Positions 1 through 7,987 of a DNA stretch of 64,000 nt are shown here, in pieces; position 1 is the stretch's first letter, and the number at the start of each line of letters is the position of its first letter. The translations under genes were made by a program, and so were the position numbers. A model generated the notes under the pieces. It was not told the DNA's origin. It saw only the letters and a list, made by a program, of their open reading frames with translations, and did not search any database. Source of the stretch: a virus. Its lineage: Duplodnaviria > Caudoviricetes. The DNA lies in IMG/VR virus record IMGVR_UViG_3300017912_001273, positions 32,102 to 96,101 of that record; one strand, given 5' to 3'.

Positions 1-48
1 CATGGATAATTCTTATACCTTTTGTCTCAATAGAATTTAAAACACCGT

Positions 49-873
49 ATGAAAACAATGAATCAAATACTCTTTAGATTACTATTAGTCTCAATAGTAT
101 TTGGGTCAGTGGTAACTTGCTGTTATGGGCAGCAAAGTAAAACCCATAATATAAGAACCTATTTTCCAGTACCAGAAAACTATGAAAGAATCTTCAAAGA
201 TGCATATTCAGAGTGGTTGATTGAACATCCACTCAAGAATTTTAATCGTGTAAAGTACTTTGATGGTAGAGTCAAACATAATGATGGCATATATGCTGCT
301 GTGTTTGACTATGATATTGGTAAAAGAGACTTACATCAGTGTGCTGATGCAGCTATATATCTTAGAGCATCATACAATTATGCAAGTAAGTTTCAAGATA
401 GGTTAGGATTTCACTTTACTAACGGAGATCAAGCGTGGTATTTAGATTATCTAAATGGTGCTACGTATATACCCGTTAATAATGGTGCTGACATAGAGAT
501 AGTATGGAACAAACCACGTAAAGATAACTGCAATACGTTTAGAAAGTGGCTTGATGCCGTATGGACCTATGCTGGCACTTGGTCAGTAGAACAATATGAT
601 ACTGACCCAGTAAGTATTCTAGAAATACAACCTGGTGATGTCTTTATACAGGGAGGATTTCCTGGTCATGCAGTAACAGTAGTTGATGTAGCAGAAAATG
701 ATAGAGGTCATAGGATCTTTATGCTTGCACAAAGCTATATGCCTGCACAGGAACAACATGTATTAATAAATCCGGCCATAGGTGATGTATGGTACTCAGC
801 AGATAATATGTCATATATTTTCACACCTGAGTGGACCTTTGAGCCAACAGATTTACGTAGATTTAAAAAATAA
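49..873 (+). CDS. DUF4846-family secreted protein (possible NlpC/P60-like Cys-His hydrolase)
   Basis: N-terminal signal-like hydrophobic stretch; motifs DLHQCADAAIYLRA, GDVFIQGGFPGHAV and LAQSYMPAQ match my recollection of DUF4846. Confidence 0.75.
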   Translation: MKTMNQILFRLLLVSIVFGSVVTCCYGQQSKTHNIRTYFPVPENYERIFKDAYSEWLIEHPLKNFNRVKYFDGRVKHNDGIYAAVFDYDIGKRDLHQCADAAIYLRASYNYASKFQDRLGFHFTNGDQAWYLDYLNGATYIPVNNGADIEIVWNKPRKDNCNTFRKWLDAVWTYAGTWSVEQYDTDPVSILEIQPGDVFIQGGFPGHAVTVVDVAENDRGHRIFMLAQSYMPAQEQHVLINPAIGDVWYSADNMSYIFTPEWTFEPTDLRRFKK

Positions 874-973
874 AGACCACATATGGACCACTAACAATAC
901 CAGTAATTAACTATATACTATATCACTAGTAGATAGGCCTTGTCATAAAAGCTATGGTTGAGTAGTGGAAACC

Positions 974-998
974 AAAAGGGGTAGATCTCTACCTTTTT
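974..998 (+). terminator. Intrinsic terminator-like hairpin
   Basis: aaaaggggtag-atct-ctaccttttt, downstream of ORF 49-873. Confidence 0.6.
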
Positions 999-1052
999 CT
1001 CATACTTGTTTAGGTATGGGTGACACCCCTTTAAACTTTTTAATAAATAATT

Positions 1053-1583
1053 ATGTCAAATAAAACAGTTACATTACCGGAGATCACAACAAATAAGATC
1101 TTCAAACAAATTATAGATCCTAGAGCAGTATCAAATAAATCTAATAAAGATTATATCTCAGATATGATTTTTAATGCCTTAGATGAACATACAATACAAC
1201 ATATCATTACACTTATGCTAATGGATGTAGAGTATAAAGTTCTTTCTATAGGAGATTATGTACGTGTAAAGCCAATAAGTTATCATGAAGGACAGGAATA
1301 TGAATCAGATGTCTTAAAAGATATGGGTCTTATGCACTCTAGCGGTAAAGTATATGGCTGTATTAAAGGTGATGCTTCTTGGTCATCAGGTTATAACCCT
1401 TTCTATAGTAAGTTAAAAGTTGATCTTCACTATCATGATGAAGATAAACAGCTTAAGCTTGTAGAGAAAGATATTAATCCTCTTGAACTTGAGTATGTAA
1501 GTAAAGGACATATAGCTTACTTTAAAAACAAAAAGAAAACTAAAGAAAAAAAAATATGCCTAGACTCTCCAGAGCACTTATAA
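1053..1583 (+). CDS. Hypothetical protein
   Basis: 176-aa ORF with A-rich start context, in a co-directional gene run. Confidence 0.7.
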   Translation: MSNKTVTLPEITTNKIFKQIIDPRAVSNKSNKDYISDMIFNALDEHTIQHIITLMLMDVEYKVLSIGDYVRVKPISYHEGQEYESDVLKDMGLMHSSGKVYGCIKGDASWSSGYNPFYSKLKVDLHYHDEDKQLKLVEKDINPLELEYVSKGHIAYFKNKKKTKEKKICLDSPEHL

Positions 1584-1738
1584 GTTTTGAATACAGAAAA
1601 TACAAAGGACCAGATCCGTTTGGTCTCTATATGAATACAAAGTATCTGTTAAAAGATCTCAAACTTGCTGAAGAGTTAGATAACAATGTAGCATTATTGA
1701 GGTTATTAAAAGATCATGTACCAGAAGAAGAGAGATAG
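1556..1738 (+). CDS. Hypothetical small protein
   Basis: 60-aa ORF overlapping both neighbours, filling the gap in the operon. Confidence 0.55.
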   Translation: MPRLSRALISFEYRKYKGPDPFGLYMNTKYLLKDLKLAEELDNNVALLRLLKDHVPEEER

Positions 1739-1970
1739 ATATGGAATAGTTAAACATCAAGTGCTTACTGATCCAAATCTATCTATACAGGCTAAGGGTT
1801 TGTATGCAGTATTATGCTGCTATGCAAATGCTAATAGGTTATGTTGGCCTTCAATTAGCACATTAGCTGATGATACTGACACAAGTCAAACATCAGTTAA
1901 AAGATGGATTAGAGAGCTAAAACAACATAATTACATAAGAAGAAAAGGCAGGAAGCTACAAATTATATAA
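1716..1970 (+). CDS. Helix-turn-helix protein (HTH_36 / replication-initiator N-terminal-like)
   Basis: LSIQAKGLYAVL...CWPSISTLA...TSVKRWIRELKQHNYI pattern. Confidence 0.75.
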   Translation: MYQKKRDRYGIVKHQVLTDPNLSIQAKGLYAVLCCYANANRLCWPSISTLADDTDTSQTSVKRWIRELKQHNYIRRKGRKLQII

Positions 1971-2052
1971 CCGTTAGCTATATTACTGCTGATTATTTTT
2001 GAAACAGACCAAATATGGACTTTTTATATTGAGTCAGAAAGGATTATATTAT

Positions 2053-2060
2053 TATCTTTG
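2053..2060 (+). promoter_or_regulatory. Bacteroidota -7 promoter element (TAnnTTTG)
   Basis: TATCTTTG ~20 nt upstream of ATG 2080. Confidence 0.55.
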
Positions 2061-2079
2061 ATAAACTATTAATAAGATA

Positions 2080-2346
2080 ATGATTATTCAACTTCCTAAT
2101 GGACGCATAATAGAATGTTCACTTGAACAGTATCTCTCATTAACAGATGAAGAGTATAATGATCTTAATGGTCTTAGTTCAGCATATACTAAGGAAGTGG
2201 GTGACCCGTTTTACAATAAATTTTCTAGAACATCAGTTGTTGATGTCATTGTCTCAGAACAAATTGAAGAGAATGAACCAGCATTAGATGAAATAGATGC
2301 TTTTGAAAAACTAGATGACCCGTATTTTCACTCAGATGATATTTAA
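2080..2346 (+). CDS. Hypothetical acidic protein
   Basis: 88-aa ORF, Asp/Glu-rich C-terminus. Confidence 0.65.
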   Translation: MIIQLPNGRIIECSLEQYLSLTDEEYNDLNGLSSAYTKEVGDPFYNKFSRTSVVDVIVSEQIEENEPALDEIDAFEKLDDPYFHSDDI

Positions 2347-2388
2347 ATCATCAATTATTATTTTATTCACCCTTTAAATTTTTTAAAA

Positions 2389-2958
2389 ATGCAAAATTCA
2401 GTAAACATCCTGGCGGATGACATGGGTAATGTTATACGTCAATCAAGTTCAAACTCAGAGTATGGCTATGTAAGGCTACAACAACAAAGAGTAACCTTTA
2501 GCAATACAGGTTGGGTTAAGAACTCAAACATTACAACACTATTACATGGTAAGATGGAAGATCTTCAAGCTTTAAATTTGAAAGCTGATGATACTTTACC
2601 AGGTAAAATTATTATCAAGGAGTCATTAGAGCCATTTAGCAATAATGATCCTGATAGAGATTTTAAATATGCAGGAGAAACAGGCATTATATGTGCTGTT
2701 GATGGCCAACCTATCTATAGGAAAACATTCTTTGTAGCAGATGCTAACGCAGAGGATGTACTTATTGCTCATACTAATGGTGATGCTATTAGAGAAGCAA
2801 ATGGTCAAAACACTGGTGTAAAATTAGATAAGGTCACATCTGCTGAAGCTTTCGGAATTGATAATGAAGAGGCAGAAACAGAAAAAGTTAGTGATGATGT
2901 AGAAGAAACTGTAGCTGAAAAGGAAGAAGTTGTTGAAGAAGAAACTTTTGAGCTTTAA
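2389..2958 (+). CDS. Hypothetical protein, possible ssDNA-binding protein
   Basis: Beta-rich N-terminal part and a long acidic tail ending EEETFEL; function inferred only from the tail. Confidence 0.45.
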   Translation: MQNSVNILADDMGNVIRQSSSNSEYGYVRLQQQRVTFSNTGWVKNSNITTLLHGKMEDLQALNLKADDTLPGKIIIKESLEPFSNNDPDRDFKYAGETGIICAVDGQPIYRKTFFVADANAEDVLIAHTNGDAIREANGQNTGVKLDKVTSAEAFGIDNEEAETEKVSDDVEETVAEKEEVVEEETFEL

Positions 2959-2972
2959 TCAGGTTTTCTGAA

Positions 2973-3026
2973 GATGAAAGGGGATAGTTAAGTGGCGTCA
3001 GGACCCACTTGCTATCCCTGGACATC
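2973..3026 (+). other. Long intergenic RNA stem-loop without a U-tract
   Basis: gatg..ggggatagt.aagtgg pairs with ccactt.gctatccct..catc. Confidence 0.5.
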
Positions 3027-3068
3027 AATTCCACTATAATCATTTACTAAACTTTTAAATAAACATGT

Positions 3069-3611
3069 ATGTTATCTCAAGATCAAATCCAAAAATTAAA
3101 ACTTAATGAAAGAGAATTAGAATTAAGCAGACGCAGAGAGCGTTATGAATACTTAGGCTTATTATCTGAGTATCAATTACATCCACCTTCAATAGTAAAT
3201 ACACTAAACTACCAGAAGTTAAACCCGTATCAACATTTTTTGTTTAAACGTGTACTTCATGGTCTTAATGTGTATAAACCTGAAGAAGTTAAGAAGTTAC
3301 ACTGGGATAAAAGAAGAAGAATTACAAGAGTATGGAAACGTGGGCAAAGAGAAATCAATGCTTGGAAACAATACCTTTGTAATAAGAAAATAAATCAGTA
3401 TCTTAGGGAAACTTTTAAACACAGTCCTTTAGCACAGTATATTGCAAATATACCAGCTGAAGAAACTTTAGAAGATTACAATAACACAATGACATTCAGA
3501 GACTTAGGTCTAACATATGAAGATGTTATACTTAAATTCTTGTCACTGGGATTATTACCACGTAATTACTTTAGTATAAAACCAAATGAGTATCAGAAAA
3601 GTCTCAAATAA
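3069..3611 (+). CDS. Hypothetical basic protein
   Basis: 180-aa ORF. Confidence 0.7.
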   Translation: MLSQDQIQKLKLNERELELSRRRERYEYLGLLSEYQLHPPSIVNTLNYQKLNPYQHFLFKRVLHGLNVYKPEEVKKLHWDKRRRITRVWKRGQREINAWKQYLCNKKINQYLRETFKHSPLAQYIANIPAEETLEDYNNTMTFRDLGLTYEDVILKFLSLGLLPRNYFSIKPNEYQKSLK

Positions 3612-3855
3612 AATGTCAAAGATTAATGCTAAGTATGCTAAACAGCGTAAAGAGTATTTATCTAACAATCCTATCTGTCATGCAAAGATCTATAAGTGTT
3701 CTTTGCATGCTACAGATATTCATCACAAAAATGGCCGTGGTATATACCACTTAGATGAATCCACATGGTTACCAGTTTGTAGAAACTGCCATATGTGGAT
3801 AGAAGAACATCCAGCTGAAGCCTATGAATTAGGTTTTTCAGGCTCAAGATCATAA
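3586..3855 (+). CDS. HNH endonuclease-like protein
   Basis: C..C, DIHH and CRNCH motifs. Confidence 0.75.
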   Translation: MSIRKVSNKMSKINAKYAKQRKEYLSNNPICHAKIYKCSLHATDIHHKNGRGIYHLDESTWLPVCRNCHMWIEEHPAEAYELGFSGSRS

Positions 3856-3861
3856 ATTTAT

Positions 3862-3935
3862 GGTCCCATAGCTCAACTGGATAGAGCAACAGCCTTCTAA
3901 GCTGTAGGTTCTAGGTTCAAGTCCTAGTGGGATCA
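3862..3935 (+). tRNA. tRNA-Arg(TCT)
   Basis: Cloverleaf: acceptor ggtccca/tgggatc, anticodon arm acagc-ctTCTaa-gctgt, T arm ctagg-ttcaagt-cctag. Confidence 0.95.
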
Positions 3936-3940
3936 CATAT

Positions 3941-4025
3941 GGCCGGATGATGGAATTGGTAGACATGACAGACTTAAAATCTGTTGGGCTGTTAGCCCGT
4001 GTGGGTTCAAGTCCCACTCCGGCTA
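3941..4025 (+). tRNA. tRNA-Leu(TAA)
   Basis: Acceptor ggccgga/tccggct, anticodon arm acaga-ctTAAaa-tctgt, long variable arm gggc-tgtta-gccc. Confidence 0.95.
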
Positions 4026-4028
4026 CTT

Positions 4029-4102
4029 GCACTCTTAGCTCAGTTGGTCAGAGCAACCGGCTCATAACCGGTAGGTCACAGGTTCAAGCCCTGTAGGGTG
4101 CA
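4029..4102 (+). tRNA. tRNA with CAT anticodon, probably tRNA-Ile2 (lysidine type) rather than Met
   Basis: Acceptor gcactct/agggtgc, anticodon arm accgg-ctCATaa-ccggt; paired 1-72 and no triple G-C initiator stem. Confidence 0.85.
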
Positions 4103-4120
4103 CCTTGCAAAAGAAATAGT

Positions 4121-4240
4121 ATGAAGAACAGAAATAAAATTATCATGATAAGGTTACTTGCCTGGTCATTAATAATAGGAATAACAATATTTATATGGTA
4201 CAACTTAATACATTGGATAGTGTTTCTAATAGGGATATAG
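4121..4240 (+). CDS. Small membrane protein (39 aa, not in ORF track)
   Basis: MKNRNKIIMIRLLAWSLIIGITIFIWYNLIHWIVFLIGI*; basic N-terminus plus hydrophobic helix. Confidence 0.45.
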   Translation: MKNRNKIIMIRLLAWSLIIGITIFIWYNLIHWIVFLIGI

Positions 4241-5325
4241 TCCAATCTGATGCACTTAAAGTTGCATTAGCAAATAAAAGATGTGGCTTGGGTATATCAA
4301 TGGGTGTTGGTAAAACACGTATTGCTATTGAACATCTATATAGTAATTATAACCCTCTTATATGTGCACTAGTTGTAGTACCAAAACTCTCTATTAGAGA
4401 TAGCTGGATAGATGAACTAAATATCAGCACAAAATATAGTGATCTATTAGATCATATTACATTCACTACATATCTATCACTTAATAAACATAATCCTAAT
4501 GATTATGATATAGTATATCTAGATGAATGTCACAGCCTAAAAGAGTCTCATGAGACCTTCTTAAACCAGTTCTCTGGTAAGATATTAGGCTTAACAGGGA
4601 CACCACCAAAGCATAAACACTCAGAAAAGGGTAGACTTGTGCAAAAGTATTGTCCCATGAAATACCTATTCAACGTAGATAAAGCTACTGACTCAAAGAT
4701 ATTAAATGATTATAAGATCATTGTACATGAGTTAGAGTTATCTAAACTACCAACTTTAAAGAAAAAGAGTAAAGCCGGTGGCTTTTGGTATACATCTGAG
4801 AAGAAAGATTATGACTATGTAACGTCAAGATGCAGGGACGCACAGACTCAAAAGCAAATACAATTTGCTAGAATCATGCGTATGAGAGCATTAATGGACT
4901 ATACAAGTAAAGAAAGCTATGTAAAGAGTATGATCAGTAATATTTCTACTAAGTGTATTGTATTTGCAAATACTCAGAAACAAGCAGACAGAATATGTAA
5001 GCATAGTTATCATTCTCAGAATCCTAAGTCAGAGGAGAACCTTGAGTTATTCTCTGACGGTAGGATAGATAAGTTATCTTGTGTATTACAATTATCAGAA
5101 GGTGTTACAATACCCAACTTAAAACAGGGTATTATTATGCATGCATATGGTAATGAACGTAAGACTGCACAGCGTATAGGTAGATTGCTAAGGCTTAATC
5201 CAACTGAGACAGCAGTATGTCACATATTGTGTTACAAAGGAACACAAGATGAAAGATGGGTTGATCAAGCTTTAAATTCATTTGATAATAATAAAATTCA
5301 AAGGTATAATCCACTAAATAGATAA
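4195..5325 (+). CDS. Superfamily 2 (DExH) helicase
   Basis: Motif I SMGVGKT, motif II DECH, motif III LTGT, motif VI QRIGRLLR. Confidence 0.9.
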   Translation: MVQLNTLDSVSNRDIVQSDALKVALANKRCGLGISMGVGKTRIAIEHLYSNYNPLICALVVVPKLSIRDSWIDELNISTKYSDLLDHITFTTYLSLNKHNPNDYDIVYLDECHSLKESHETFLNQFSGKILGLTGTPPKHKHSEKGRLVQKYCPMKYLFNVDKATDSKILNDYKIIVHELELSKLPTLKKKSKAGGFWYTSEKKDYDYVTSRCRDAQTQKQIQFARIMRMRALMDYTSKESYVKSMISNISTKCIVFANTQKQADRICKHSYHSQNPKSEENLELFSDGRIDKLSCVLQLSEGVTIPNLKQGIIMHAYGNERKTAQRIGRLLRLNPTETAVCHILCYKGTQDERWVDQALNSFDNNKIQRYNPLNR

Positions 5326-5327
5326 TT

Positions 5328-5561
5328 ATGGGAAAAATGAAAGAAATATACATGCAAATGATAGAGCATGAATATAATGGTGATTATGATGCACATATGC
5401 AAGAACTTGCTAGACAAACTTGTGAAGAGTTTATATCTGTACCAGAAGAAGATTGTAGCAATTGTGATACACCAGTTATAGTTAGAAATGAAAACACTGC
5501 AATTTGTGAAGCTTGCGGTGTAGAATATGTATATGTAAATGGAAGTAAAAGATTTAAATGA
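5328..5561 (+). CDS. Small zinc-ribbon protein
   Basis: CSNC...CEAC pairs. Confidence 0.6.
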   Translation: MGKMKEIYMQMIEHEYNGDYDAHMQELARQTCEEFISVPEEDCSNCDTPVIVRNENTAICEACGVEYVYVNGSKRFK

Positions 5562-5713
5562 TGAGAAATATATTTAAAAAAGTTCCTAAGCGTTATATAA
5601 CATTGGCAGAGCGTAGGAGAAAAAAAGAAATGGAAATGCAAATAGTTAATGTAATAGGTATAATATTTATAGCTATGATATTAGTTATGGGTGTAATACT
5701 TTTAGCAACATGA
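5558..5713 (+). CDS. Small membrane protein (51 aa, not in ORF track)
   Basis: MMRNIFKKVPKRYITLAERRRKKEMEMQIVNVIGIIFIAMILVMGVILLAT*; ATGA overlaps with both neighbours. Confidence 0.6.
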   Translation: MMRNIFKKVPKRYITLAERRRKKEMEMQIVNVIGIIFIAMILVMGVILLAT

Positions 5714-5982
5714 CAACTAAAGGAACAATAGAAATAGATATAGAAGGAACAGAAGTAGAGTTCCATTATACTTATGAATCAGGAGATCCAGGAATACACA
5801 CTTATCCTAATGGAGATCCTGGAGTGCCTCCAACAGGGCCAGATATTACAGTTACAGCAGCATATGCTGTAGTTGAAGATAAGAATGGGTCTCAAGTATA
5901 TGTAGATATTCTAGATGTACTTGAACCTCATATAGATTTAGATAGTATAGAAGAACAAATCATTGAAGATAATGAACCATAA
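5710..5982 (+). CDS. Hypothetical acidic protein
   Basis: 90-aa ORF, ATGA-coupled, very D/E-rich. Confidence 0.65.
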   Translation: MTTKGTIEIDIEGTEVEFHYTYESGDPGIHTYPNGDPGVPPTGPDITVTAAYAVVEDKNGSQVYVDILDVLEPHIDLDSIEEQIIEDNEP

Positions 5983-6118
5983 TGAAAAAAAAGAAAGAAC
6001 AGTTAAAGGAACAAAATATATATTAGAAAATGGAAGATGGATTAAAGCTCCATCTACAGAATTAGATCCTCATGACCCAGATTATAGTTGGGATTGGGAT
6101 CTAGAAAATAGAAGATAA
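5972..6118 (+). CDS. Hypothetical micro-protein (48 aa, not in track)
   Basis: MNHNEKKERTVKGTKYILENGRWIKAPSTELDPHDPDYSWDWDLENRR*; TAATG coupling to the next ORF. Confidence 0.55.
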   Translation: MNHNEKKERTVKGTKYILENGRWIKAPSTELDPHDPDYSWDWDLENRR

Positions 6119-6270
6119 TGAAAGAACATGTAAAAAACCTGGTGTGTCTCAAAGTTAATCATGCAATAGATATGTTGAATGAAATTGATATACACCCAGG
6201 TACTGATAGTAGAAAGCTGGATACAGCCATTATCTTATTAAATGAAGTTAAAAAATACTGTAAGTTATGA
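6118..6270 (+). CDS. Hypothetical micro-protein (50 aa, not in track)
   Basis: MKEHVKNLVCLKVNHAIDMLNEIDIHPGTDSRKLDTAIILLNEVKKYCKL*; coupled at both ends. Confidence 0.55.
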   Translation: MKEHVKNLVCLKVNHAIDMLNEIDIHPGTDSRKLDTAIILLNEVKKYCKL

Positions 6271-6395
6271 CAGAAGAAGATTATGAATATAGGCAAGGTA
6301 GAAGTAAACGTCAATACAGAAACTCTGCAATAGCAGTAGTAGTAAGTGTTGTAAGTTTACTTTTATGTTGTCTTGTACAAGCAATAATATCATGA
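6267..6395 (+). CDS. Small membrane protein (42 aa, not in track)
   Basis: MTEEDYEYRQGRSKRQYRNSAIAVVVSVVSLLLCCLVQAIIS*; ATGA overlaps at both ends. Confidence 0.55.
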   Translation: MTEEDYEYRQGRSKRQYRNSAIAVVVSVVSLLLCCLVQAIIS

Positions 6396-6775
6396 AAGAT
6401 CAATTATTTGTAGAAGCCCGTGTTAAAAACGGTGAATTACATTTCCCTATAAAAGCTTATGAGATTAAGTTTAAAAACTTTCTTAAAGAGCAGCCTGAAA
6501 GCGTAAGGCTAGATATATTCATAGGTGTGAATGATAACAAAGGTAGTAACCCGCAGTTAGCAAGAATACATGCTATGATCAGAGAGATAGCTAATGAGAT
6601 AGGTCATACATTTGAAGAGGTAAAGCTACAAGTAAAACGTAGAGCAGGACTATGTTTTGTTAAAAACAATGTAGAGTTTTGTAAATCCTTTGCTAAATGT
6701 GATAAAGATGAACTAAACCTAGCTATACAAGCAGCTTTAGAAATAGGAGACTTTAGTGGTATGCAATTAAGATGA
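6392..6775 (+). CDS. NinB/Orf-like recombination protein (start likely ATG 6392, not 6365)
   Basis: SNPQLARIHAMIREIANEIGHTFEEVK...KSFAKCDKDEL resembles NinB-like proteins; ATGA coupling at 6392. Confidence 0.5.
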   Translation: MKDQLFVEARVKNGELHFPIKAYEIKFKNFLKEQPESVRLDIFIGVNDNKGSNPQLARIHAMIREIANEIGHTFEEVKLQVKRRAGLCFVKNNVEFCKSFAKCDKDELNLAIQAALEIGDFSGMQLR

Positions 6776-7240
6776 GCTTATACCAATTTTATCTGCTATA
6801 TCAACTATTTTTTTCCAGGCTTCAGTATCAAGTAAGTCTTGATCTTTATTGCCTTCATTAATAGCTTTAGCATTAGCTGTTATAGTTTCAACTAAATCAG
6901 CAGGTACTTCAACATCAACTTTTTTGACTAGACCTTGCTCTCTTGCTTCATATCTAAAATATTGAATTAGGGACATTAAGAAATATAGATGTCTTTGAAA
7001 GTCATTATCAAGACTCATGTCATCTGTTATTTCTTTTCCCTCAGCAGTATATGTAAGTATTTTTTCAATTTTAGCTATAATGTCAGGAATCTGCATCTGC
7101 TGTTCTTCAGAGGCATCAAGAATAAATTTTGATACAATTTGCTGAAGACCAATAATATATCTAGGATTAATAACTAAACCCTTCATATCTTTATCAAAGT
7201 TATAAGAGTCTATTTGCTGCTTTCTAGTATTTTCTGACAT
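6767..7240 (-). CDS. Hypothetical protein (lone - strand gene in the early arm)
   Basis: 157-aa ORF that exactly fills the gap; no competing + ORF. Confidence 0.7.
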   Translation of the reverse strand: MSENTRKQQIDSYNFDKDMKGLVINPRYIIGLQQIVSKFILDASEEQQMQIPDIIAKIEKILTYTAEGKEITDDMSLDNDFQRHLYFLMSLIQYFRYEAREQGLVKKVDVEVPADLVETITANAKAINEGNKDQDLLDTEAWKKIVDIADKIGISSS

Positions 7241-7265
7241 AATTATAGTAATTTAAAACAAATAT

Positions 7266-7949
7266 ATGGAAAAAATTAGTGTTGACATAGTAAAATTAAG
7301 AGAAAATTTAAATGAAAAACTAGAATCATCAGGTTGGGACAGAATGTTATCACCTTATGTAAATGGTTTGAACTTTGACTATATAGTAAATGCTTTAGTA
7401 GATAATGTTAATGCAGGTAAAAGATTTACCCCAAAATTTAAAAACATATTTAATGCATTTAAAGAGTGTCCATATGATGATCTAAAGGTTGTCATAGTAG
7501 GACAAGACCCTTATCCTCAGCTTGGAGTGGCTGATGGTATAGCATTTAGTTGCTCCAACAAAGGAAAAGCAGAAAAATCCTTACAGTATATAAATAAAGC
7601 ATTAGGTACTAATCACATAGATTTAAGATGTTGGTCTAACCAGGGTGTGCTGTTAATAAATACAGCACTAACCGTGGAAGTCAATAAGATTGGATCACAT
7701 TATCACTTATGGAAAAGTTTTGATGAATATTTATTTGAAGGATTAAATAGATGTTGTCCTGATACTATCTTTATCCTTATGGGTAAGAAAGCAGAGGAAT
7801 GGCAAACCTATTTAACAAATTGTAAAGTTCTAAAATGTGCTCACCCAGCATCAGCTGCATATAGAGGTGGAGAATGGGATTGTAATGATGTCTTTAATAA
7901 GACAAATGAAATCCTGAAAAAGCAAAATAGAACTTGTATAAATTGGTAA
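7266..7949 (+). CDS. ung: Uracil-DNA glycosylase (family 1)
   Basis: KVVIVGQDPY, QGVLLINTALTV and HPAS motifs. Confidence 0.95.
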   Translation: MEKISVDIVKLRENLNEKLESSGWDRMLSPYVNGLNFDYIVNALVDNVNAGKRFTPKFKNIFNAFKECPYDDLKVVIVGQDPYPQLGVADGIAFSCSNKGKAEKSLQYINKALGTNHIDLRCWSNQGVLLINTALTVEVNKIGSHYHLWKSFDEYLFEGLNRCCPDTIFILMGKKAEEWQTYLTNCKVLKCAHPASAAYRGGEWDCNDVFNKTNEILKKQNRTCINW

Positions 7950-7956
7950 TTTTTCC

Positions 7957-7964
7957 TATATTTA
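7957..7964 (+). promoter_or_regulatory. Putative promoter element (TAnnTTTA variant)
   Basis: TATATTTA ~24 nt upstream of ATG 7988. Confidence 0.4.
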
Positions 7965-7987
7965 TAAACTTTAAAACCAACATGTAA

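Noticed and set aside
2968-3020. Hammerhead-ribozyme-like core (CTGAAGA-T-GAAA followed by a stem)
   Set aside because: No stem II, no valid NUH cleavage triplet and no stem I pairing; kept only as a stem-loop.
3850-4032. 60-aa - strand ORF
   Set aside because: It is the antisense reading of the tRNA genes.
4195-5325. Type III restriction Res subunit
   Set aside because: Helicase core only, with no nuclease domain or adjacent methyltransferase; more consistent with a phage SF2 helicase.
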